Assembly (NCBI GenBank): GCA_965223425.1
Contig: OZ245003.1
Coordinates: 1,632,001 to 1,696,000 of the forward strand
Length of the DNA: 64,000 bases
Direction of reading: 5' to 3'
Source of the DNA: Nitrosopumilus sp.
GTDB taxonomy: Archaea; Thermoproteota; Nitrososphaeria; Nitrososphaerales; Nitrosopumilaceae
Part shown: piece after piece, positions 31,993 through 43,312 of the stretch
Layout of the letters: every line of letters starts with the position of its first letter
Position numbering within the stretch: position 1 is the first letter of the stretch
The notes under the pieces: generated by a model
What the model saw: only the letters and a program-made list of their open reading frames with translations
The model's database searches: none
Told to the model about the DNA's origin: nothing
Program-made: the position numbers and the translations under genes

Positions 31993-33889
31993 CAGGACGG
32001 CGCTTGCGGCACTGCTGTTTTTTGTCGGAATAGTCCTGGGAATATCCGGACATTTGGAGATGTTTGCAGCCCTAATAGTCTCCTCGCTTGTCGCGTACTT
32101 TGCAGATGACGGCACGATCTCATCTGCAAGAAGGAGGATAAAATGGAGGCGCGGCGATGTTTTGTCCATGAAGATAAGGGAAAAGCATGTTCCGACATCA
32201 GAGACATTTCTCAACGGACTTTTAAAATACGGGCTGTTCCGGAAAGTGTACGACTCTGTACGCGAGTCAGTCCACAATGCCGTAAGGGAGACGGGAGTCA
32301 CTGCAAATCCCACAAAAACTGCAAGAAGCACGACGATAGCGCTGTTTGTGTCGTTTCCAATATCTATAATAATAGCAATTGCGGGAATAATCCTCAGTTT
32401 TCCAGTCATCATTGCATTCTCGCCGGTCTTGCCGCTTGCAGTGTATGCATCCCCCAGAATAGCAATAAAGTTCCATGTAATGGAGCGCTCCTCCATATTT
32501 GACGAGGAGCTTGCATATTTCTACTCGTATCTGCAGATTGTCCACACCGGAGGCACGATGATATATTCAAGCATCCTCTCACTTGTTGGCAAAAAGATAT
32601 TCCCGGGGGTGGAGGCAGACGGCCTGATGCTGAAAAAATGGGTGGAATACGACGATTCAGTCCAGCTTGACGCGATAAACGAGATTGCAGAAAACCACTC
32701 CCATCACGGATTTCAGGCTTTTCTGCGGCAGTATTACGGGATAGCAAAGTCAAGTGTGAGCAACCTGCCGTCATTTATCTCAGAGTCGGCGCAGTCGGAA
32801 TTTCAGAAGATAATAGAGAAAGACGAGAAGCTAATCGGCAAGGCCGGAGGAGTATTCATCATGGGCGCAATGATGATGATTATGGCGCCAATACTGATGG
32901 TACTGATGTCGTTTGTCGGAACAGATTCCTCCACCACGCACCTTATCACCATGGGACTGACGGCAATGCCGATAATGTACGCCGGAATGGTTCTGGTCAC
33001 TTTCAAAATGCGGCAGGACGGCACACTGTACGCAAAAAAGATAGTCTTTGCGATTGCGCCGGTGGCATTTGTGATGTGCTATGTGATTACACGGGACGCA
33101 CTCTCTTCAGTTGCAATCGCACTTGCCATTCCCTGCATTATTAACGGCAGATATGTCGCAGAACAGATAAGATACATCCGCTCGCTAAACGACCACTTTC
33201 CGGTGTTCATCCGGGACCTGATAGAGAGCAGAAAGGTCGATGCAAACTTTATCGTATCCATAAAAAAACTCTCCTCCCAGAAGAACCTGGACGGAAAATA
33301 CGGCGCATTTTCAAACGTGCTAAGGCAGATTCGGATGCGGCTTGAATACAACACAAACAGAAGCCGTCTCATATATGATGATACGGTAAGGTCGTGGCGG
33401 CTGCGGATGCTCATGTTTGTGTTTCAGACAATATTTGATGCCGGCGGCGGCTCAATTGACACGCTGGAGAAGATGCACTCATTTAGCGTATCAGTGAATT
33501 CCATAAAGAACAAGCTGTCCGACTCCATCATGATGTCCTCCCTGATGCTGTATGTCGCGCCTACGATGTTCTTTGTGGCACTAGTCGGGGTGTCCGTGTT
33601 TATGGGGTCGTTTTCTGCCTCGGTCCCCGAACTGCCTCCAGATCTGCGGGGCTCGTTGCTGGCGGCGGGAATGTTTGCAAAGCCGGACTTTTCATCAATG
33701 CTTGAGGCGATGCGTCCGGCATTTCTGATAATGTCGATATGTTCGGGGATAGTGATATCGCGCGTGGCATACATGTCGTTTTTTGCCACCATGCCGATTG
33801 GGATCTGCTGCATGGCGGCCTTTGTGGTTCTGACTGGATGGCACTTCTTCTTTGATCTGATGTCGGATTTGATAGGGTCGATTATTTGA
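31973..33889 (+). CDS. Type IV pilus membrane platform (FlaJ/TadC-like)
   Basis: Two T2SSF-like repeats with TM clusters; overlaps the ATPase gene. Confidence 0.75.
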   Translation: MKKNVSNRTALAALLFFVGIVLGISGHLEMFAALIVSSLVAYFADDGTISSARRRIKWRRGDVLSMKIREKHVPTSETFLNGLLKYGLFRKVYDSVRESVHNAVRETGVTANPTKTARSTTIALFVSFPISIIIAIAGIILSFPVIIAFSPVLPLAVYASPRIAIKFHVMERSSIFDEELAYFYSYLQIVHTGGTMIYSSILSLVGKKIFPGVEADGLMLKKWVEYDDSVQLDAINEIAENHSHHGFQAFLRQYYGIAKSSVSNLPSFISESAQSEFQKIIEKDEKLIGKAGGVFIMGAMMMIMAPILMVLMSFVGTDSSTTHLITMGLTAMPIMYAGMVLVTFKMRQDGTLYAKKIVFAIAPVAFVMCYVITRDALSSVAIALAIPCIINGRYVAEQIRYIRSLNDHFPVFIRDLIESRKVDANFIVSIKKLSSQKNLDGKYGAFSNVLRQIRMRLEYNTNRSRLIYDDTVRSWRLRMLMFVFQTIFDAGGGSIDTLEKMHSFSVSVNSIKNKLSDSIMMSSLMLYVAPTMFFVALVGVSVFMGSFSASVPELPPDLRGSLLAAGMFAKPDFSSMLEAMRPAFLIMSICSGIVISRVAYMSFFATMPIGICCMAAFVVLTGWHFFFDLMSDLIGSII

Positions 33890-34110
33890 TTGGGGGGTTA
33901 GGGCAGGGACATCATAGATGCAGAATCAGACACCGAGAATCTCACAATATATTCTACGGCAGACTGCAGGATCTCATCTGAGAGGTTCGGCATGTCAAAT
34001 CCGGAGTGCAGCTGCAAGAACATCAAAAAGGTGTTTGGCATATAAAATCAGAAACCGAACAATAATAAATTTGTCTCATGTCTGGAGTTTCACGTGATCG
34101 ATCAATTGAG

Positions 34111-34335
34111 TCAAAGGATAACTACAAGTACCGACAGAAAAAAACCCATAATTTGCGGCTTGGGAAAAATATCAACTCCTATTTTGTATTTTCCAATAAC
34201 TGTGTCAAGAATGCAGTCCCATGAATCCAACACTGTTTTTTTGATGTATTTTTTGTTCAATGGATGTTTTTTGATCAGTAATTTCGTTTTTGATTCCCAC
34301 TGAGATTTGTTCAAACCTGCGTATGGAGAATCCAT
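34111..34335 (-). pseudogene. N-terminal fragment of a ScaI-family restriction endonuclease
   Basis: MDSPYAGL..W..KTKLLIKKHPL..IGVDIFPKPQIMGFFL, then truncation. Confidence 0.65.
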
Positions 34336-34485
34336 GTCGTGATTAAGCAATATCGGTATATCTGTCTAGCTCTTGATGATTTCCATGGAAGTGGTCCTGT
34401 TCTATTGAGAATCAGATTGTTTTTTTGACTCAATACAAAATATACAGTCAATATCTATGAATATATCCGACTTTCAAAATCCAAC

Positions 34486-35139
34486 ATGTACAATATGGAC
34501 AAAGATGTAGAATCACATTTACCATCCCCAAAATGGATTGTAAAAGGAAGAAAAATTGAAATGCCAAGTGGATATATTGTGGCATTTGGCGGAAAACATG
34601 ACAAGAAAATAATCGTTACAGAACAAGGTTCTGATACACATGTCACATTTGCCATCAATCATCATGAATATGATTTACATATTAAAACATTCAAGGGAAG
34701 CAAAGATGAGTACAGGAAAATTTTTAAACTTCACCAGGATGTAGTCATGGACATAACTCGTGCAATTTTTAAAGAAAAAGAAAATCAAAAACTTTGGGAA
34801 TGTAGAGAAAGGCGGTCTTTTATAACAAGTAAAAAATATTTCATAGATTTTGACAGTCAGTCATATCCAGAGTTGAAGAAAATGGATACTGGCATTTTGG
34901 ACATATTTCCTGAAGAACTTAAAAAATATTCCATAAAATCAAAAACAATTATGCGTCAGAACTTCAGAGCCGCATCAGTACACAAATCAGACGGAGCATG
35001 TATTGAAATTATTTTTCCCACAAAAGATCATAACAAGGTAATAGTGACCAAACCAAATCTCATTGACTTGATTTTAGATACCCTCATTGGTATTAATCGG
35101 CTGAGGGAGATACTTTCTGAAAGTCTGACAGGCAAATAG
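34486..35139 (+). CDS. Hypothetical protein (AT-rich)
   Basis: 217 aa ORF with no recognised motif. Confidence 0.5.
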   Translation: MYNMDKDVESHLPSPKWIVKGRKIEMPSGYIVAFGGKHDKKIIVTEQGSDTHVTFAINHHEYDLHIKTFKGSKDEYRKIFKLHQDVVMDITRAIFKEKENQKLWECRERRSFITSKKYFIDFDSQSYPELKKMDTGILDIFPEELKKYSIKSKTIMRQNFRAASVHKSDGACIEIIFPTKDHNKVIVTKPNLIDLILDTLIGINRLREILSESLTGK

Positions 35140-35347
35140 TCTGTTATGACTGGATAGAGTATCTTGGCATTAGACTAATCCTACTCATCATCAAGTATTT
35201 TTTATAAATTCTGAAAAATGATTTTAAAAATACTATGACAAAATAATTGACAAAGTGTGAAGAAGATTATGTGTACGGCCAAAACAAATTAGAAACATCA
35301 TATTCTTACTTTCTGTTTGCAACTTCTTTTGAAGTTTAGAAAACACG

Positions 35348-35364
35348 AAATTTCCGCTTTAAAT
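35348..35364 (+). promoter_or_regulatory. Element-specific promoter motif AAWTTYCGCNTTTAA
   Basis: AAATTTCCGCTTTAAAT, TTTAA 29 nt before ATG 35387; related motifs at ~14557, 35883, 36743, 48707 and upstream of 61015 (-). Confidence 0.6.
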
Positions 35365-35386
35365 GTAAAACACATAGTCCACTTCA

Positions 35387-35842
35387 ATGAATATAACCAA
35401 GGAACAGATAATCTGGGTCGGACTCATTGTTGGAGTAGCATCCGTAGCCGGCGGACTGCTGGGAATGGGAGTGATCGGCGACGTGCAAAACCTGCAAATA
35501 GAGGGACCGTTTGAAATTACTTCTGCGGAATTGATCAAGGGATCCGGTGGTGTTGCCGTGGTCAGCATAAATATGAGAAACACAGGAGATGTGGGTTTGC
35601 AAATTCAGAGTCCGATAAAAGTGGATAATAATACTGCTACATTTTCTCCACGACCAGTAATCGCAGCAGGCAAGACTCTATCAGTGTCCTATAGCGTGCT
35701 TAATACGAGCGACTATAAACAAGGAGATTCATACCCGGTGATAGTTGAAGTGACTATAGATGACAATGGCGATGGAACTTACGCCAACGATGAAACTAAA
35801 TCCTCCGACTCTATTGGGGCATTTGTGACATCCGGATTCTAG
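35387..35842 (+). CDS. Archaeal type IV pilin-like protein
   Basis: MNITKE + hydrophobic helix; ITSAEL..SINMRNTGDV beta-sandwich. Confidence 0.65.
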   Translation: MNITKEQIIWVGLIVGVASVAGGLLGMGVIGDVQNLQIEGPFEITSAELIKGSGGVAVVSINMRNTGDVGLQIQSPIKVDNNTATFSPRPVIAAGKTLSVSYSVLNTSDYKQGDSYPVIVEVTIDDNGDGTYANDETKSSDSIGAFVTSGF

Positions 35843-35920
35843 ACTGCCCACCATTTTTTAATTTTTTAGAAAGACATACGGTCAATTCCGCGTTTAAATT
35901 CAAAACACAAAGAAAAAACA

Positions 35921-36370
35921 ATGATAGTTACAAAGGAAATCTCAATTATAATTATAGCAGTATTGGCGGCCGGCGGTGCGGTGTTTTCCATATTGGGCGA
36001 GCAGTCAATATCCAGGATACAGACGCGTGACGGACTGGAGATAGTATCAGCTGAAATTAACGGCGACTATGCGGGAAACTACATTCTCAGCCTCACCGTA
36101 AAAAATAACGGCAGGGATGACATTACATTAGATAATTTGGAATTTAATTCACCGTTAGGTGATCTAGAGAGTCTAGAGCCTCACCCAGTACTGCAAGCGG
36201 GAAAGACCTGGTCGAATAACTACGATATTGGAAAACACGAATTTGTACGCGGAACATCACATCTTTTGACAGCGTCGGGCATGTCTGGAGGCAGTGCGGT
36301 AAATGATGTATTTCCAGTTGTTGTGATAAACAGTCCCCACCGCGTGGAATTGACAGAACCAACACCGTAA
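35921..36370 (+). CDS. Archaeal type IV pilin-like protein; frame continues past two TAA codons to 36682
   Basis: MIVTKE + hydrophobic helix; LTVKNNG. Confidence 0.65.
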   Translation: MIVTKEISIIIIAVLAAGGAVFSILGEQSISRIQTRDGLEIVSAEINGDYAGNYILSLTVKNNGRDDITLDNLEFNSPLGDLESLEPHPVLQAGKTWSNNYDIGKHEFVRGTSHLLTASGMSGGSAVNDVFPVVVINSPHRVELTEPTP

Positions 36371-36774
36371 CCGACTGCACCATAACCAATACCAGAACCG
36401 GAACCCATAGTTTCAATCGCATTGTCGCCAGAATCGCCTGTTGCAAAGGGAACGAAGGCGACAGTGACTGCAACGTTCCACAACACGGGATCCGAACCGG
36501 AATCACGGGTTTCATTCGCGCCATACATCTCAGGAGGAGAGGATGGTTGTGGCGTTGTTCAGATATGGGAAAGAATAGAAGAGTTTGTAGATAACAAGGC
36601 AGTCAGAATGTTCACGGTAGACAGTACCTGCCCAGTAGGAGAATATGAAGTCGGTGTCGCCTTCAATTTCTCAGAGCATTAAAAGATCCAATTCACATTG
36701 CAGTACTTGAAGATTACGCCATGACGATATCCCCACTTCATGAAAATTCCGTTTTTAAGTAAACTCCCAACTAA

Positions 36775-39700
36775 ATGCCGATGATCAGACTTGCAATTGT
36801 TATGGCACTGGCGGCAGTGTCACTTTTCCCCTACGCATATGCGCAGGCAGAACCGCCTGAGGGGATGCCGGAATCCGCCCCACAAAACGACGGAATAACC
36901 CTGATACTTCCAAAAAACATCCTGCTTGGCGACCACAAATACTATGGAATGCTGATTCGCGAGGATGCGGACGGTCCACTGGTCGCAAGCCTGGTGTCCG
37001 ACTCTGATATTTTACAGGTCCCATCATCGGTGTTCATCACACACGGAAAAAACCACGGCCTATTCGAGGTGGTTCCGCACGGCGAAGGCAGCGTGGAGGT
37101 AACTGCAATAGCAGATGCAGACCTGTATTCGGCAAGAACCGAAATATCCTATCCTGCCAGCGACGACTATCGCATAATAATGGTGGTGCCAGAATCAGTC
37201 TCCACTCCGTCTGACGTAACGTTCCCCCTCTATCTGGTTGACAACTACGGGGATCCGGTAGAGGCAAAGGAGGACACCGGTGTGAAATTTGCCGTATCTG
37301 GAATGGATATGGTATCTGACAGTGCCGTCATTCCAGAGGGATCTGCCAGCATCTTTGTGAACGTCAAGGTGCACGGTAACGGGTCAATACTGGCATACAC
37401 GGGCGAGGCAGTGTCTGAAACATATGAGATATCCAGAACATCCACGTCGGCTGCCGTCCGAATCGGCGTGGCCCCGGAGGTGATCCTGGACAACTCGTTT
37501 GCATACCTCTTCATATGGATTGCAAACGAGGATGACACCCCCATCTCACCATACCTCCCGTTAAGTGCGACAATAAAGACATCAAATCCAAGGGTTGCGG
37601 GCTTTGACGGACTCTACAAAATTGACGGTACGGACTCGGCAAAGGCGCACATTACAGACGGGGGATTCCACATGCTGAAGCTGTACACGTATGAAAGGGG
37701 CGTCTCGACAATAACTGTCAGCATACCGGGGTATGGTGCCGCATCGCTTGATCTAAACGTGGGACCCTTACTGCTCGAGGAAGTGGTCCATGACAGTTTC
37801 ACACTTCCAAACGGAATTGTGCTGGAACCCAGTGACGAGGAGTTTTTGAAACTAATTATCAAACAGAGAAAATCCAACCTAATTGGCCATTCCACTGCCA
37901 GTGACATTATCGAGAGGTATGTTGCAAATATGACACTCCCGGGATACGACGAATCCACACAAATCACCATAGAAAACACCAGGGAAATTATCACTAGATA
38001 TGTTCTAGGCCAGGCAGAGTCGTTAGAACCGGCACAAATCACCTCCGATACTGCAAGCGGTGACGTGGAAGAGCACTGCACAATTTACGAGGGAACTGAT
38101 TTTGTCTCAACACCAAGACCGGCCGATGAAACGTTTCACGGAGGCAATCCGCCACTAAAACACCTGTGCGCATATGTCTACCCGGAGAAGACCACGTCTG
38201 AGGCATACCTCATCTGGTCGCTGTATGACTCGTATACCGAAGAGGAGACGGACACCGCCGGTACAGGGATCTTCTTCAACCCGATACACGACTCCAAGCT
38301 GGACTTTCTCATCTCTTCAGACGACTCTGTAAGCTATGCAAGAAAGCACACATTCCAGCCAGAGGGCAGATACACCCAGTCAAACGTAATGCCTATTTCA
38401 ACGAGCGTTATTGGCGAGCACACCCTGTCCATCACCTCCACTGATTTTTACACCATCGAGGCTTCGTTTGAGGCAGTGCCGCCTCCGCAGTACTCCTTTC
38501 TGATATCATCCCTGCCGTTCTCAAAGTCCGGCCAGACAGAGCCGCTATTCACGCTGTCTGTGACAGACGAGCGCGGCAGCATCATTGACCCGCACTATCT
38601 CTTTGGCGGAATGTCAGTCGACATGATATCTGACGATATAATATTTGAGAAGGACTCCATCACCATACAGAGACCGGTCACCATAATTTATGGCACCTCT
38701 GCCGTTACACAGCCCTCAATCACGCTAGTGTCAGACCAGAACATAAGCGGCGTACACAAGACCGACAAAAGCAACAGCCTCTCACTTTCAATTGATTCCC
38801 CCGTACGCGTCCATTCCGGGGAGCAGTTTCCATTGTACGCATACATTGTCGACTCCGATGAAAGGCCGATATCACTCCTTGACACCCCGATAGATTCCCA
38901 CTGCGGCACCGGTGACGGCATCCTGTTTTCGTGTGACAGGGATGCGGAGATGATCATCATCAAGGAATCAGTCGGAATCACGCATCACAGAATAGAGGTG
39001 TTTCATAATTCCCTTGATGACAGGCACATAGGTGTGGACTTTGGCGATACCTCCGATGTCGGGTTGTATGACAATCACCGCGTCAGAATAGTGACAGCAG
39101 ACGACATCAAATGGAAGGTGGAGACACTGATGAAGCACGAGATAGTCGGCGACGAGCTGATCCTCACCCCCGACAATACCGGAAAACAGACCGTGAACAT
39201 AGTGTTTACCAGTCCCGGATATGATACACATGTAGAGTCGCGCGAGATAGTGGTGCAGGACAAGATAAACCTGGAGATTGCCACCAGAACATCTGACGGC
39301 TCTGCATTTGCAGCCGATGTGGAGATAGTAAACATGGACGGTTCCACTCCGGTGACCACTCCGGACAACATATCCATACGGCGCGGGGAGACCACCGTAA
39401 CGTTTCACAATACCGTGCAGACCGAGCATGCCGGATACATACTGGACCACATAAAGTGGAATTCACAGATTATCCCGGGAAACGTGTTTTCCGGAGTGAT
39501 AATGCGTCCCGGCGAGATGACTGCCCACTACCACGAGGTCATAAACATCAAAGTCACAAACGGACTTGGGACCGGGGCGTATGACATTGGCCAGACTGTG
39601 ACAATACGTGCGCCTCCAAAGGACGTTGCGTCGTTCCTTATCCGCGATGTCTTGGACTACTGGACGGTCGCCCCGCAAAACCACAGGACGGACTCTGACG

Positions 39701-39882
39701 TGATCACGTTTGTTGCAGACTCGTCATTCTCCACCACGGCAGTATACAAGCAGGACTTTGCGGGACTGGTGTCAGTGGTTGTTGCAGTGTCAGCTGCGGT
39801 CGTCGCGTTCAGAAAGAAGGACGTGATACTTGATATGGTCAGGAAAAACAAGGACGGCGAGGAGGAGGCCCAGGAGGTATGA
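36775..39882 (+). CDS. Large surface protein (signal peptide, Ig-like repeats, C-terminal TM anchor)
   Basis: AYA|Q signal; beta-rich; C-terminal TM followed by RKK. Confidence 0.65.
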   Translation: MPMIRLAIVMALAAVSLFPYAYAQAEPPEGMPESAPQNDGITLILPKNILLGDHKYYGMLIREDADGPLVASLVSDSDILQVPSSVFITHGKNHGLFEVVPHGEGSVEVTAIADADLYSARTEISYPASDDYRIIMVVPESVSTPSDVTFPLYLVDNYGDPVEAKEDTGVKFAVSGMDMVSDSAVIPEGSASIFVNVKVHGNGSILAYTGEAVSETYEISRTSTSAAVRIGVAPEVILDNSFAYLFIWIANEDDTPISPYLPLSATIKTSNPRVAGFDGLYKIDGTDSAKAHITDGGFHMLKLYTYERGVSTITVSIPGYGAASLDLNVGPLLLEEVVHDSFTLPNGIVLEPSDEEFLKLIIKQRKSNLIGHSTASDIIERYVANMTLPGYDESTQITIENTREIITRYVLGQAESLEPAQITSDTASGDVEEHCTIYEGTDFVSTPRPADETFHGGNPPLKHLCAYVYPEKTTSEAYLIWSLYDSYTEEETDTAGTGIFFNPIHDSKLDFLISSDDSVSYARKHTFQPEGRYTQSNVMPISTSVIGEHTLSITSTDFYTIEASFEAVPPPQYSFLISSLPFSKSGQTEPLFTLSVTDERGSIIDPHYLFGGMSVDMISDDIIFEKDSITIQRPVTIIYGTSAVTQPSITLVSDQNISGVHKTDKSNSLSLSIDSPVRVHSGEQFPLYAYIVDSDERPISLLDTPIDSHCGTGDGILFSCDRDAEMIIIKESVGITHHRIEVFHNSLDDRHIGVDFGDTSDVGLYDNHRVRIVTADDIKWKVETLMKHEIVGDELILTPDNTGKQTVNIVFTSPGYDTHVESREIVVQDKINLEIATRTSDGSAFAADVEIVNMDGSTPVTTPDNISIRRGETTVTFHNTVQTEHAGYILDHIKWNSQIIPGNVFSGVIMRPGEMTAHYHEVINIKVTNGLGTGAYDIGQTVTIRAPPKDVASFLIRDVLDYWTVAPQNHRTDSDVITFVADSSFSTTAVYKQDFAGLVSVVVAVSAAVVAFRKKDVILDMVRKNKDGEEEAQEV

Positions 39883-42800
39883 GTGGATTTCCGTGGTATT
39901 GTCGTGTGGGAATCATACTTTTGGTGGTGGCAGTTATGGTATCAGTAACACTTTCCAGCCCGGCAGAGGCCAGCCCGCGTCCATACAATCATGATTGTCG
40001 CCTCTCATTGGAAAAGAAGATATTTCCCGCATACTATGACGGACACATTAGGCAGAATCCCGACGGCACGTACTATCCCGGGGACGCCTTTTACTTTGTG
40101 TTTGCATATGCCATACAGAGGGAATGTGGTGGGCTCAGAATCGCTCTCACGCAGTACGCCGACGCAATGGTAGTCGAGCTGAACTATACTGACTACAAGC
40201 CGGAACTGATCACGCGGAGGTGGACTGACTTTGACTATCGAGACAGCGATGAGGATTTGGAGTTATTTGAGTTTCTATTTCCATCGACACCGCATTTGTT
40301 TGACGGTATGAGTGATGAGCGAAAGGAGAGAATACTTGAGAGGGGGAACCATTCGGGGAATATACCGGAGCAGATAGCAGAATACTGCAAGAGACATGTA
40401 GACTCTAGCTGGGCCGATAAATATGAAAAAAGGGTGGCCGGGTGCGTCTACGGTAGAGTGGAGATACGTGCGGAGGGAAACGCTGATTACTGCCGCGAGT
40501 TTGACTTTGAAAAGGTGAATCTGGACGGTGCGTACAAGTACTCATGGTTCTCAATAGATGGCCGTTCATATCCACAGTTAAAGAGAATCTCGATCCCAAT
40601 TGAGCATTTAAGCTCTGAAAACGTTTCAGATATCAGGATTTACCCACTTCGGGAAATATCCTACAGTGAGAGCCTAGACTCAAAGTCAAAAAGAGAACAT
40701 TACAATATATACCATACATACTTTACACTCTATGACGGAAGTAACTACAATTATCAGTTCCATGGTCGTCATGGAACTTATATCCCAGTCAATAAATACG
40801 CACCGCACCCGTTGCTGGACGCGACTAGCGTCAAGCTAAAGTCAAAGGCCCAGAACAATTTTTACTCCCTGTTTGATTTGGATGAAAGGCACGAGGAGGA
40901 GCTGTGCTATCCAAACCCATCAAAGATAGAGCTCAAAGTCTCAACAAGCAAGCAATACCACGCAAGGGACAAGTTCGGAGACGAGATACACAAGTTCAGA
41001 AGCATCACAAAAACAGGCACACTGACGCCTCCAATGGCAAACAAGATATTTGACGTGAAATTCAGGTATCCCACACTGCTTGACATTGACGCACTGCCGG
41101 CAAAGAACAATGACGGCACATACTATACCGACGACCCGGCAGCAGTAGTCAGGTATCCGGATTTGAAATGGGCCGAGCAGCGCTGGCCCCTGATATTGTT
41201 TGAGGAGGACTGGCTAAAGACATCAAAGCCCATAAGTAACCACTTCACACACAACTGCAATGCCACCGGCTGCGCGATAAACGTGACGTATGAGGACATT
41301 TACCACACCAACCCGCTAGAATACACAAACGGCCACGGGATCGACGTGTTTGCAATCCATGACGTAGAGAGGGAGCTGGGGAGAAACGTTCCGTCTTACC
41401 AGCTCACATCATGGAATCTCGGGGACAAGATGTATACGGACGCATCTGACGGAAACCTGCTGTTTGTCAGATATGACCCGCAAATATCAGATACCCACAC
41501 GTGGTCCGTATTCAGTGACGGCGGACTGACGTCCTTTGAGAACAGGCATTCCCTTGGAATCAGATACGACGGCTCAGTCGGAGGCGGGCCTGACGACCCC
41601 GGCGGGGCGATACACCCGGACAGAAGGATGAAGATAACAGACGTATACCACAACGTCACGATGTCAAACGGGTTTGAGACGATATACCCGCAGGAAGAGG
41701 GATACGGCTTTGAGATCTCGCGCGCAGACAACATACAGGACATGACAATACTGGATTCGGTGACTGAACAGATACCCGAATGGTTCTCCTTCTCCGGTGA
41801 AAAATACGAGGGCTCGCTCCTCATGAGCCCGCTTGACTCCAACAAAAACATGACCTTCTATGAGGCCGGATACTCCAGATTCCTTACAAGCTCGTCATTA
41901 CCAGAGGAGCGACTGACAAAGAACTTTATCGATGTGGACATACATGAGAGGATAACAAGCGAGGAATTTGCCGGACTAGACCACACCCATCTGACAAATG
42001 CCACGTACAACTACCCGTACGGCACTCTTTCAGTCCCACTCAACATCACGGCATACAAGATCCTCCTGATTGAGAACTCCATGGAACACTGCACGGATGA
42101 CTCCAAGTACATATGCGTCTCCAAGGACGTGACATCAGAGGAGATTGACCGTTCCACGAAAATAAAGAGCGTAACGTTCTCACCGTCAGACGACCAGGAG
42201 TTTATCACCACCAGCGAGTTTCTGCTAAACAACCACAGGACTGAAAACATTATAGAGCCGTTCACAGTAATGGTTTTCTCTGACCTGTACGACATGAACG
42301 TGCCGCAAGAAATCAACGAGTCCACCGTCCTGTTGCTGCTGAACAAGAGCGGCATACATTACGTGCTGGAACCGACAAATGAGGCACTTGACAGAGAAGT
42401 GTTCGCAATAGATAACGTGACTGGAGATGGGACCGTCAACACACGCACGTTTGGCATGGACTTTGCAGATTTTCTCAATGTGACCGAATCAGTCAGTGAT
42501 GACGACATAATGTACCAGCCGGTGAGGGAGTTTTTTTCCGCATACGAAATCCATGACGTAACAGTTGACGCGCAGCGCGAATCTGACACACGGAGCAACA
42601 CCGTTACAATGACGCAGTATGGCCAGTCGACTATTGAATACATCCTGAACATGTATCCCCTAAACCATCTGGAGGCGACAAGGGCCGTGAAATTTATCGG
42701 ATTCAACCCGTCACAATATTTCGGCCATGACTACGAGGTGCATATTGACGGGGCCCATGTCCCAAAGCAGGTCAGTGGCGACGTGTTTGCCAAATATAAT

Positions 42801-43058
42801 TCCAACGTCTGCAGCCACGGCCAGTGCATGGTAAGGCTGGATCATGACGATCCGATCGATGCCAAGCTCGTAAACATATGGGGCGGAATAGCCCAGGACG
42901 CCTCAGTTGATGCAATCATAATACCAAAATACGAGATGGACTGGGACCTGGCGGCAATGAGAATCATGTATATAGCTGCCGCACTGGTGGCGGTGTTTCT
43001 TCTCTATGTGTTTGTCAAAAGATTTGCAGGCTCCCTGTTCCCTAAAAAACGAGTTTAA
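39879..43058 (+). CDS. Large surface protein with signal peptide and C-terminal TM
   Basis: AEA|S signal; repeated N.DGTYY..D motif; C-terminal TM. Confidence 0.6.
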   Translation: MSGFPWYCRVGIILLVVAVMVSVTLSSPAEASPRPYNHDCRLSLEKKIFPAYYDGHIRQNPDGTYYPGDAFYFVFAYAIQRECGGLRIALTQYADAMVVELNYTDYKPELITRRWTDFDYRDSDEDLELFEFLFPSTPHLFDGMSDERKERILERGNHSGNIPEQIAEYCKRHVDSSWADKYEKRVAGCVYGRVEIRAEGNADYCREFDFEKVNLDGAYKYSWFSIDGRSYPQLKRISIPIEHLSSENVSDIRIYPLREISYSESLDSKSKREHYNIYHTYFTLYDGSNYNYQFHGRHGTYIPVNKYAPHPLLDATSVKLKSKAQNNFYSLFDLDERHEEELCYPNPSKIELKVSTSKQYHARDKFGDEIHKFRSITKTGTLTPPMANKIFDVKFRYPTLLDIDALPAKNNDGTYYTDDPAAVVRYPDLKWAEQRWPLILFEEDWLKTSKPISNHFTHNCNATGCAINVTYEDIYHTNPLEYTNGHGIDVFAIHDVERELGRNVPSYQLTSWNLGDKMYTDASDGNLLFVRYDPQISDTHTWSVFSDGGLTSFENRHSLGIRYDGSVGGGPDDPGGAIHPDRRMKITDVYHNVTMSNGFETIYPQEEGYGFEISRADNIQDMTILDSVTEQIPEWFSFSGEKYEGSLLMSPLDSNKNMTFYEAGYSRFLTSSSLPEERLTKNFIDVDIHERITSEEFAGLDHTHLTNATYNYPYGTLSVPLNITAYKILLIENSMEHCTDDSKYICVSKDVTSEEIDRSTKIKSVTFSPSDDQEFITTSEFLLNNHRTENIIEPFTVMVFSDLYDMNVPQEINESTVLLLLNKSGIHYVLEPTNEALDREVFAIDNVTGDGTVNTRTFGMDFADFLNVTESVSDDDIMYQPVREFFSAYEIHDVTVDAQRESDTRSNTVTMTQYGQSTIEYILNMYPLNHLEATRAVKFIGFNPSQYFGHDYEVHIDGAHVPKQVSGDVFAKYNSNVCSHGQCMVRLDHDDPIDAKLVNIWGGIAQDASVDAIIIPKYEMDWDLAAMRIMYIAAALVAVFLLYVFVKRFAGSLFPKKRV

Positions 43059-43081
43059 TTGGAATTGTGTACGAGTAGGCA

Positions 43082-43312
43082 ATGAAGCATCGTGACGCGT
43101 TTTTGAAGATATGCGACAAAATGGGAATGGAGCCCGACGAGATTGCAGGGGCAATACGCGTCCTTTCGGATTCGGGGTCGGTATATTTTGGCCCGTTTAA
43201 AATTACTCTACACTACTCAAAGCAGGAAGGAAAGAGGAGGCTCTACATGGTATCACTCCATGATCACGGCAGGCTGATAACCAAGGCCTTTGTGGACATA
43301 AAGGGATCATGA
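43082..43312 (+). CDS. Small hypothetical protein
   Basis: TTTAA ~27 nt upstream; overlaps the next gene (ATGA). Confidence 0.5.
   Translation: MKHRDAFLKICDKMGMEPDEIAGAIRVLSDSGSVYFGPFKITLHYSKQEGKRRLYMVSLHDHGRLITKAFVDIKGS

Noticed and set aside
24006-36385. Alternative genetic code (TAA recoding) to explain three in-frame TAA codons
   Set aside because: Many intact genes in the window end with TAA
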